Shown piece by piece: positions 52,081 through 64,000 of a stretch of 64,000 nt of DNA. The stretch is from assembly GCA_964016885.1 (NCBI GenBank), contig OZ024743.1, forward strand, positions 34,472,001 to 34,536,000. The letters are read 5' to 3'. This DNA is from Eledone cirrhosa (Eukaryota). How positions within the stretch are numbered: position 1 is the stretch's first letter; each line of letters opens with the position of its first letter. The notes under the pieces were generated by a model. The model had not been told where the DNA came from and did no database searches. It saw only the letters and a list, made by a program, of their open reading frames with translations. The translations under genes and the position numbers were made by a program.

Positions 52081-53432
52081 TAAGGAGAAAATCAGAACTG
52101 ATTACCTCAGAAGAGTAAAGAAAATATGGTCATCAGAACTGTCAGCATACAACAAATACATTGCCCACAATACTTATGCTGTGCCAATTCTAACGCCAAC
52201 ATTTGGCCTGCTGAACTGGTCATTGCAAGAACTAAGTGAGATGGATGTTAGAACTCGCAAACTTCTCAGTGTTACTGGGAACTTTAACATCAATGGTGAT
52301 GAGGATAGGCTATACTTCTCACGCAAGGAAGGTGGCCGGGGTTTAAAATCCATATTAACATCATATGAGACCCGGATAATAACATTGAAGCAACATCTTC
52401 AACAGAGGAAAAAGGTTGGCAACCATCTTGCCCAGGTTTATGAACATGAACAAAAAAATATCATTAGAATAGCCACTGTTCTGGAGGAGAGATATGGAAT
52501 AAAGCCTGATATAAATCTCTCACCCAGAGAAATTGGAAGATCCTATTCAATGTTCAAACAAGATGAAAAAATTGACCAATTTACAGAAAAAGTTGTGCAT
52601 GGATACTTGAGACGTAAAACACAGACAATAGAGGGTATAAACCACTCAAAAAGCCTGGCATGGAGTTCCGACAAGTTTAAGACATCACACCTTGAGGGAT
52701 ATCTCTATGCAATACAGGAACAAGAACTCCCTACCAAATATCTTCTGCACAAAAGGGGAGGGCCATCAGCTGACAATAAATGTAGGCTATGTAAAACAAA
52801 GATCGAGGATGTAAGCCACATTGTTGCCAGCTGCGAAAGAATGTCATCTCGCTACTACCTCCCCATGAGACACGATGGGATAGCTAGAACCATCTGGAAT
52901 GCACTTCGGAAAACAAAATTAACAACAAACGAGGAAGAATATATTGAGACAGATGGCAGTAAGGAATACTGGTGGAACCTGAAAATAAAAACTGCCACCA
53001 AATTAAAGCACAACCGGCCTGATATTGTTGTTTGGGACCACACATTGAAAACGTGTTCTGTTGTGGAGATCAGCTGCCCACTTGTGGTAAACGTTGTCAG
53101 AAAAATACAGGAGAAGGAGGACATCTACGGACCATTGATGAGGAGTTTACAAATCCAGTATCCAAGATACACCTTTAGCTTCATACCCATCATTATTGGA
53201 GCTACGGGTTATATACCAACTCGCTTGGACCAAAGTATGACTGAACTTGGATTTGCGGACAAAGAACGCAGCTCCCTAATTCATAGTCTGCAAATGTTTG
53301 CGATAGCTGGCATCTTCAAAATTTGCAAAACATTCTTGCGATTCAAGGGAAGACAATTTCTTTTCTTTTACAACCTTGCCACCAGGAAGGTGGCCGGTCA
53401 AAAAAATATACTCGAAATTAAGAGAAAGAGAT
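52081..53432 (+). mobile_element. 5'-truncated R4/Dong-type LINE with open C-terminal frame (thumb, CCHC, REL endonuclease)
   Basis: RLYFSRKEGGRGL, CRLC-x7-H-x4-C, RHD, NRPDIVVWD...VEISCP; (TACA)n on both flanks. Confidence 0.92.
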
Positions 53433-53884
53433 AACATACATACATACAAACATAACAAACATACATACATACATACATACATACATACATACATACATAC
53501 ATACATACATACATACATACATACATCATTTAGCCACTGGCTGTCCGTATATCTAGAAAGGCATCTATTGTCCTGCTGACAGTCGGTCATTACCTAAGAC
53601 TTAATTCTCCCATAAAATAGATCTACTGTATGACTAATGAAGCTTATTAAATCCCCTTCTTAGCATATGTTACATGTCTATAGAATGGCACTTATTGATT
53701 ATCCAGCGCCTTTTTTTCAAAGATCGATCATTGTTCACGTGTTGAATGCATGCTTAGACGCCTACTACATGCACTTGGTCAAGGAATGTGCTGGGGTGGG
53801 CTGGGGTTTGAAATTAGGGTAATTCGTTCCAAAGATTTATTGCCTTTTTAAATGTTTGATTTCTTCTTTACCAGCGCAATATAG

Positions 53885-55930
<2,046 letters not shown>

Positions 55931-55958
55931 TATCCCGGGTTCAATCGGGGGTAACCAG

Positions 55959-56108
55959 TAAGTAAGGTACTCAATGATAATTTCCTTCGAATGAAACAGT
56001 TCTAGTCCTGTAGAAGTCATTTATATATATATATATATATATATATAAATGACTTCTACAGGACTAACACTGTTTCATTCGAAGGAAATTATCATTGAGT
56101 ACCTTACT

Positions 56109-56110
<2 letters not shown>
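55959..56110. repeat. Near-perfect palindrome centred on (TA)n; each arm carries a decayed family B hammerhead
   Basis: taagtaaggtac...gaagtcattt(at)n aaatgacttc...gtaccttactta. Confidence 0.9.
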
Positions 56111-56198
<88 letters not shown>

Positions 56199-56332
56199 GG
56201 TTATATTTAATTTGTTGGGATTCAACGAGCTTAAAAAATGTTATAACTGATATAAAGCCCTCAACAGAGGCTCCAATCGTTAAGGTTGTCTTTTTTCCGA
56301 GTATGTCAATATTTATTTATAAAACAAATCTG

Positions 56333-56398
56333 TATTTTATCTGATGAAAGCGCACCATAATTTGCCTTCGTTGCTCTTGAAATATGTATAATAAAATA
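56333..56398 (+). ncRNA. Hammerhead ribozyme, family A
   Basis: tattttat-CTGATGA-aag...ctt-GAAA-tatgta-TA-ataaaata. Confidence 0.72.
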
Positions 56399-56444
56399 AA
56401 TATGATTTTATAAATATAGTTTCCATTTATTAATATATTGTATG

Positions 56445-56496
<52 letters not shown>

Positions 56497-56497
<1 letters not shown>

Positions 56498-56648
56498 AAA
56501 AAAGATGAAATCGAAAATGCAACTGGAGTCTTATTTTTTTTTAAATATATATATTTTTATTTGGTTCCTTTACCGGTTTCGCAGTTCTTTTAAAAAAATA
56601 CTTTTCAAAAGTATAATTGAGATGGAGGGCCTGTGGTTTTTCTCACAT
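56497..56648 (-). mobile_element. Inverted copy of the 40318-40460 island; helix II of its hammerhead is disrupted
   Basis: Reverse-complement match; retains TTGAAAA and gcGAAAccggTAaagg. Confidence 0.75.
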
Positions 56649-56716
56649 ATATATATATATGTATATATATATCATATCTTACGTTATATATATATATATA
56701 TATATATATCTTACGT

Positions 56717-56780
<64 letters not shown>

Positions 56781-56886
56781 AGTTATATTTAATTTGTTGG
56801 GATACAACAAGCAAATATTTTTATAACTGATATAAAGCACTCAAAAAATTATTGGACTGATCTATATTATAAACTGATCTATATTA

Positions 56887-56951
56887 TATTTTATCTGATG
56901 AAAGCGCACCATAATTTGCTTTGGTGTCCTTGAAATATGTATAATGAAATA
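56887..56951 (+). ncRNA. Hammerhead ribozyme, family A
   Basis: tattttat-CTGATGA-aag-cg-cacca...tggtg-tc-ctt-GAAA-tatgta-TA-atgaaata. Confidence 0.75.
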
Positions 56952-57277
56952 AATATGGTTTTATAAATATAGTTTCCATTTATTAATATATGGTATTTTT
57001 ACTCCAAAAATTTGTTGAGTGCTTTATATCAGTTATAAAAATATTTGCTTGTTGTATCCCAACAAATTAAATATAACTTCTACATATATATATATATTTT
57101 TATTTATTCTCCCTCTCTCTCCCTCTCTCCCTCTCTCCCGTTCACTCTCGCTCACTCTCCACCATTTATCTTTTTCTGTTTCTCTTTCTAATTACATAGG
57201 TAGCCATGATGGAACAGGGCTTAAGAGATTTGCTAATAGTAGTGGCGATAGTAGTGATGGTTGTTGTGGTCGATGTT

Positions 57278-57357
<80 letters not shown>

Positions 57358-57639
57358 TAGATGAGGAGGAGGAGGGGGAAGCAGAAACAGCACTGTTGGT
57401 TTACGGCGGCGGCGGTTGTTGTGGTGGTGAGATGTGTTGTTGTTGTGGTGCTGGTGGTTATGGTGTGGGTGGTGGCTTCTGTACAGGTAGTAGTGATGAT
57501 GGTGTGGGTGGTGGTGAAGACGGTGGTCAAGGTGAATAAGGCGATAGAGTTGGTAGTAGTTGTAGTATTGACTGTAGTGGTATTTGCGATTGAGGTATTG
57601 GACATTGATGGTAGTGGTTGTAGCCTTGGTTGTAGTGGT

Positions 57640-60165
57640 TGTGGTGGTGGTGGTGGTGGTGGTGGTGGTGGTAGAGGCGCGGATGGTGGGTACTGTCGGA
57701 GGTGGTGGTGGTGATGCTGATGGTGGCGGTAGTGGCGCGGATGGTGGGTACTGTCGCAGGTGGTGGTGGTAGAGGTGCGGATGGTGGGTACTGTCGGAGG
57801 TGGTGGTGGTGGTGGTGGTGGTGGTGGTGGTGGTAGAGACGCGGATGGTGGGTACTGTCGGAGGTGGTGGTGGTGGTGGTGGTGGTAGAGGCGTGGATGG
57901 TGGGTACTGTCGGAGGTGGTGGTGGTGGTGGTGGTGGTGGTAGAGGCGCGCGGATGGTGGGTACTGTCGGAGGTGGTGGTGGTGGTGGTGGTGATGGTGG
58001 TGGTGGTAGAGGCGCGGATGGTGGGTACTGTCGGAGGTGGTGGTGGTGATGCTGATGGTGGTGGTGGTAGTGGCGCGGATGGTGGGTACTGTCGCTGGTG
58101 GTGGTGGTAGAGGCACGGATGGTGGGTACTGTCGCTGGTGGTGGTGGTGGTGGTGGTGGTGGTGATGGTGATGGTGGTGGTGGTGGTAGTGGCGCAGATG
58201 GTGGGTACTGTCGGAGGTGGTGGTGGTGGTGGTGGTGGTGGTGGTAGAGGCGCAGATGGTGGGTACTGTCGGAGGTGGTGGTGGTGGTGGTGGTGGTAGT
58301 GGCGCAGATGGTGGGTACTGTCGGAGGTGGTGGTGGTGGTGGTGGTGGTAGAGGCGCGGATGGTGGGTACTGTCGGAGGTGGTGGTGGTGGTGGTGGTGG
58401 TAGAGGCGCGAATGGTGGGTACTGTCGGAGGTGATGGTGGGTACTGTCGGAGGTGGTGGTGGTGGTGGTGGTGGTGGTGGTAGAGGCGCGGATGGTGGGT
58501 ACTGTCGGAGGTGGTGGTGGTGGTGGTGGTGGTGGTGGTAGAGGCGCGGATGGTGGGTACTGTCGGAGGTGGTGGTGGTGGTGGTGGTGGTGGTGGTAGA
58601 GGCGCGGATGGTGGGTACTGTCGGAGGTGGTGGTGGTGGTGGTGGTGGTGGTGGTAGAGGCGTGGATGGTGGGTACTGTCGGAGGTGGTGGTGGTGGTGG
58701 TGGTGGTAGAGGCGCGGATGGTGGGTACTGTCGGAGGTGGTGGTGGTGGTGGTGGTGGTGGTGGTGGTAGAGGCGCGGATGGTGGGTACTGTCGGAGGTG
58801 GTGGTGGTGGTGGTAGAGGCGCGGATGGTGGGTACTGTCGGATGTGGTGGTGGTGGTGGTGGTGGTGGTGGTGGTAGAGGCGCGGATGGTGGGTACTGTC
58901 GGAGGTGGTGGTGGTGGTGGTGGTGGTGGTGGTAGAGGCGCGGATGGTGGGTACTGTCGGAGGTGGTGGTGGTGGTGGTGGTGGTGGTAGAGGCGTGGAT
59001 GGTGGGTACTCTCGGAGGTGGTGGTGGTGGTGGTGGTGGTAGAGGCGCGGATGGTGGGTACTGTCGGAGGTGGTGGTGGTGGTGGTGGTGGTGGTGGTAG
59101 AGGCGCGGATGGTGGGTACTGTCGGAGGTGGTGGTGGTGGTGGTGGTGGTGGTAGAGGCGCGGATGGTGGGTACTGTCGGAGGTGGTGGTGGTGGTGGTG
59201 GTGGTGGTAGAGGCGCGGATGGTGGGTACTGTCGGAGGTGGTGGTGGTGGTGGTGGTGGTGGTGGTGGTGGTGGTGGTAGAGGCGCGGATGGTGGGTACT
59301 GTCGGAGGTGGTGGTGGTGGTGGTGGTGGTGGTGGTAGAGGCGCGGATGGTGGGTACTGTCGGAGGTGGTGGTGGTGGTGGTGGTGGTAGAGGCGCGGAT
59401 GGTGGGTACTGTCGGAGGTGGTGGTGGTGGTGGTGGTGGTGGTGGTGGTGGTGGTGGTAGAGGTGCGGATGGTGGGTACTGTCGGAGGTGGTGGTGGTGG
59501 TGGTGGTGGTGGTAGAGGCGTGGATGGTGGGTACTGTCGGAGGTGGTGGTGGTGGTGGTGGTGGTGGTAGAGGCGTGGATGGTGGGTACTGTCGGAGGTG
59601 GTGGTGGTGGTGGTGGTGGTAGAGGCGCGGATGGTGGGTACTGTCGGAGGTGGTGGTGGTGGTGGTGGTGGTGGTGGTGGTAGAGGCGCGGATGGTGGGT
59701 ACTGTCGGAGGTGGTGATGGTGGTGGTGTTGGTGGTAGAGGCGCGGATGGTGGGTACTGTCGGAGGTGGTGGTGGTGGTGGTAGAGGCGCGGATGGTGGG
59801 TACTGTCGGAGGTGGTGGTGGTGGTGGTGGTGGTGGTGGTGGTAGAGGCGTGGATGGTGGGTACTGTCGGAGGTGGTGGTGGTGGTGGTGGTGGTAGAGG
59901 CGCGGATGGTGGGTACTGTCGGAGGTGGTGGTGGTGGTGGTGGTGATGGTGGTGGTGGTAGAGGCGCGGATGGTGGGTACTGTCGGAGGTGGTGGTGGTG
60001 ATGGTGGTGGTGGTGGTGGTGGTGGTGGTTGTGGCGCGGATGGTGGGTACTGTTGTTGTGGTGGTGGTGGTTGTGATGATAGCAGTGGCCTTTGCTTTAG
60101 TGGTGCTGGCGGAGGTGGTGGTGGTAATGGTGGGTACTGTCGTAGTGGTGGTGGTGGTGGTGGTA
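57640..60165. repeat. Composite minisatellite: 28-bp core agaggcgcggatggtgggtactgtcgga plus variable (GGT)n
   Basis: Directly visible, several dozen units. Confidence 0.95.
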
Positions 60166-60285
60166 GTGGAACAGTGTGGCTCAAAATGATGGTCGTCGAG
60201 GTGGTAACCATTCTAATATTAGTTGTTTTAAGGGCTACTATACAACAGCAGTAGTAGTAGCAAGAGCAGCAGCAGCAGTAGCAGC

Positions 60286-60337
<52 letters not shown>

Positions 60338-60632
60338 ATCGTAGTAGTAGTAGTAATAGTAGTAGTAGTAGTATTAGTAGTAGTAGTAGTAGTAGGGATG
60401 TTGATGGCTAGAGGCAGTTCGGAGCTTTCGGGGGTGTTGGCTTCAACAGTTGTTGTGGTAGTGGTATTGGTGGTAATAATGGTGTAGAATGCTGCAGTTG
60501 TAGTTGTGCCAACTATCAAGCCGGACGTGTGGGAGTTTCAGATTGATCAAACGAATAATTGAAGATAGAAAGCAAGAAAGACAAATAAATAAAATGAAAT
60601 AGTCAAAACAAAACTTTAAATACAATATATAA

Positions 60633-60670
<38 letters not shown>

Positions 60671-60809
60671 AATATATTTCATATATATATATATATATAC
60701 AAACAGACAAACACACATATATATATGTATATACACAAGCACACACACACACACACACTCATATATATATATATATATAATATATCATATTATAGATATA
60801 TATAATATC

Positions 60810-60866
<57 letters not shown>

Positions 60867-60970
60867 GTATATATATGTGTGAGTATATATATATATGTGT
60901 ACATAAATGTATATGCACAGACAGACACTCACACACACAGATATACATATATGTGTGTGTGTGTGTGTGT

Positions 60971-61038
<68 letters not shown>

Positions 61039-61222
61039 TGAGAGAGAAAGAAAGAAAAACGAACGAAAGAAAGAAAAAATATAGGATAAAACAATATGGC
61101 TGCATAAATATAGTCTGTAAGGTTATATAAGAAATATTATTTACATATATTTGCATATAATTACGTTTCCACTGGGCTTTCATTACAAATTGCAAGATCA
61201 GATCTTAAATCTTCAAGCTCAC

Positions 61223-61317
<95 letters not shown>

Positions 61318-61959
61318 CTCCCTCACTCTCTCCCTCTCATGTTCTTTCTCTTCTCTCTCTCCTTTTCTCTTTCTCTCATACTACACACATTTTTGGGGGT
61401 TGTTTTTACATAAAAACACAAATGTCTGTACATATACTTATATATATATGTATATATATATGTATGTGTGTGTGTGTGTATGTCTGTGTGTATGTGTGTG
61501 TGTGTATGTGTCTATACATATATATATATGTGTGTGTGTGTGTGTGATTTTCTGTAATTCCAACGCCCACCAAGCTTTCACGTTGAATCTCCCCATCCAC
61601 CCTGACATGGCCGCCGGTCTAAAACTGAATTATTTCCTATGCCGAATGATTGGCAAGGAATTAGTTCCTATACATTGCCACTAACATTGCCACCAGGACC
61701 ATCACCAATCCGCCAAAACCACTACTAACAACAATAACACCTCTACTCTAGTGATGTTGTTTATCACTCAACCGACTCTCAGACATCTTCTACCTTTACC
61801 ACTTATCCAGATACAAACTCTAAATAACTATTATATTACTACGCTTCTAATTAAACTCTTTATTCAACACATCGCAAATACTTTATGTTCGCATGAACCT
61901 CAAGGGCCCGTACAGCTGGTGCTTATTTCAATATGCTTTGTCTAAAACAGATAAGAGTC

Positions 61960-63005
61960 AAATATTTTTCAACTTTATAGATTAGCTTTCCCATCCCAGC
62001 TTGTTCATGCACCGATAAGATATCAGAAAAACATTTTGGTCCTAGTGTTTAGTAACCACACTAACACTATACATAGTATTACAGAGGCAAAAACCTTTTC
62101 TAGACCATGACATGGTTCTCCGTAACCTGAGATTCCACCAGCCGAAAGCTAAACCCAATAACATCTCTCCAGCCCACCCATTTGGTAACATGGATAATGC
62201 AAACTGGGATGTAATCACAATCTATCACATGTTGACTGGTCTTTCACACAAAAATGTATGAAGACCATCATCAATGACCAAAGAACAGCTGAGGTTGAAT
62301 GGACCATTGAGACAATCAAACGCAATCCCAATTTCTTCTTTTCATTTGCGAAAAAAACACACGGTTACTGTCTCCACTGTTGGCCCTCTTATTGATGAAA
62401 ATGGCACTCAGCAAGACAATGCTAAAGCAGAAACAATACTGCTCTGTTTTCATAATCCTGACATGCCTGATTTGGCCTGTATCAGTGATGGTAATCTCCA
62501 ACACACTATATCTGACATAACGTTTGACGCCCCTAATGTCTTAGCAGCAATAAACGAAATTAAATACAACTCAGCAGTAGGCCCCGATAGGTTCCCTGCT
62601 AGTGCCCTGAAGGTGTGTCGACACCAACTTGCACCTCCTCTAGTTAATCTGCTATATCCCTGAAAATGTTCTGTTTCAGTCTGTCATCCCAGTGTTCAAA
62701 AAGGAAAACACGTCCCTTGCAGTTAATTACCGTCCGATCTCACTCACCTCTCATATCATTAAGTCAGTTGAGAGGGTGGTGAGATCATAAATAACTCACT
62801 TCCTTGAAAGTAACAACCTGCTGAACACCAACCAACATGGGTTCCATAATGGTAGCGACTACCTAACGCAGCTCCTGCATCACTTTGATGGCATTTTAAA
62901 GGCTTTGGGAGAGGGTTCCTACAATGATGTCATATACCTTGATTTCAGCAAAGCCTTTGACAGGGTTGCTCGCAATATACTGTTGAAACAACTATCCAAT
63001 ATTGG
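61960..63005 (+). pseudogene. CR1/L2-type LINE internal fragment
   Basis: GPDRFPA, VIPVFKK, NYRPISLTSHIIK, QHGF, DVIYLDFSKAFDRV, with stops and frameshifts. Confidence 0.85.
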
Positions 63006-63147
63006 TAGATATATATGGACGGGTACTTTATCGACCCTAAAGGATGAGAGGTAAACCTAACTTCGGTGTAGAGAGGCGATATTTTAACATATCTATTAAT
63101 TCTCTGTCTATAATTACATGAAATGTAGTTCTTTTAATTAGATAAAT

Positions 63148-63247
63148 AATTTTCTACTTTTGGCACAAGGCCAGCAATTATCCCAGTGTATTACTGGTAC
63201 TTTATTTTATCGACCCCGTCAGGATGAAAGGCAAAGTTAACCTCGGC
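63148..63247 (-). mobile_element. Partial SINE
   Basis: Family match. Confidence 0.78.
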
Positions 63248-63564
63248 ATGAAATATAAGTTAACACTCATAATATATTATAACGAAAATGATATTCAATC
63301 TTAACCGACTCAATTTAACAGTTACTTCATGTCGGAGTATGATGAAAAACAATACTCATACAACATCATACTTAACATGGTCGTAGTATGTTATAAAGTA
63401 TGTTGTTATAAATCTATTAATAATAAATCTATTAATACCTACTTTATTATGAATGATTAATACTTACAATAATTCCATAATTTGCTATATCCACAAGTCA
63501 ATTAATTATAGTATTTAGTGTTTAAAAAGTAGTTAATTAAATATATTTTCTGGAAAAAAAAACG

Positions 63565-63915
63565 CATTCGCAGTATTGGTAGAGCGTCAGAGACCATGCT
63601 TTGCAGCATAGAGTTATGGCCATTTACGGTCTGAGTTCAAATCCCACCGAGGTTAACTTTGCCTTTGATCCTTACGGGTTCGATATAATAAAATACCAGT
63701 TATGCACTGGAGTAATTACTGGCCTTGTGCCAAAAGTAGAAACAATTATTTAGTAGGACACCATGCTTTGCAGCATAGAGTTATGGCCATTTACGGTCTG
63801 AGTTCAAATCCCACCGAGGTTAACTTTGCCTTTCATCCTTATGGGGTGGATATAATAAAGTACCAGTTATGCACTGGGGTAATTACTGGCCTTGTGCCAA
63901 AAGTAGAAACAATTA
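63565..63915 (+). mobile_element. Two tandem SINE copies
   Basis: Family match, near-identical pair. Confidence 0.82.
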
Positions 63916-64000
63916 TTTATTATCTTGTGTGCTTCGAAGGAGCATTAGAAGCGCAGGACGGAAGTGTCAACAACCGGTCCTATTGAAGCTGTACACAGGT

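Noticed and set aside
57640-60165. CRISPR-like repeat-spacer array
   Set aside because: The spacers are only (GGT)n; no cas genes; eukaryotic context
57527-60211. 894-aa Pro/His/Thr ORF as an extensin- or mucin-like gene
   Set aside because: Unit length is 1 mod 3, so the translation cycles through all three frames. The frame is open only because the C-rich strand lacks stops.
60238-60519. Thr-rich mucin-like exon
   Set aside because: Mostly (ACT)n microsatellite; no supporting exon chain

Overview
AT-rich, microsatellite-dense eukaryotic DNA. The SINE families suggest an octopus/cephalopod genome (inference). I find no supportable host gene: nearly all short ORFs are translations of (TA)n, (CA)n, (TACA)n or (GGT)n tracts, and the rest is transposon-derived. 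Main contents: (1) a Penelope-like element with an uninterrupted 819-aa ORF (Naiad-type RT + GIY-YIG, minus strand) in partial-tandem pLTR form, plus two decayed relatives; (2) a full-length but disabled L1/Tx1 LINE inside a two-monomer satellite with an apparent ~89-bp target-site duplication, plus decayed copies; (3) several R4/Dong-type LINE 3' ends inserted in (TACA)n; (4) RTE, CR1, Tc1/mariner and MITE remnants and about 20 copies of one tRNA-derived SINE. The most striking hidden layer is non-coding. About a dozen minimal type-I hammerhead ribozyme motifs from roughly seven unrelated short families sit mostly in islands embedded in (TA)n. Several have palindromic helix III (CAGCUG, CCGG, AUAUAUAU) and core variants (U4C, U4A, compensated U3-A8). 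All assignments come from reading motifs by eye; no searches or folding were run, and boundaries of decayed elements are approximate.
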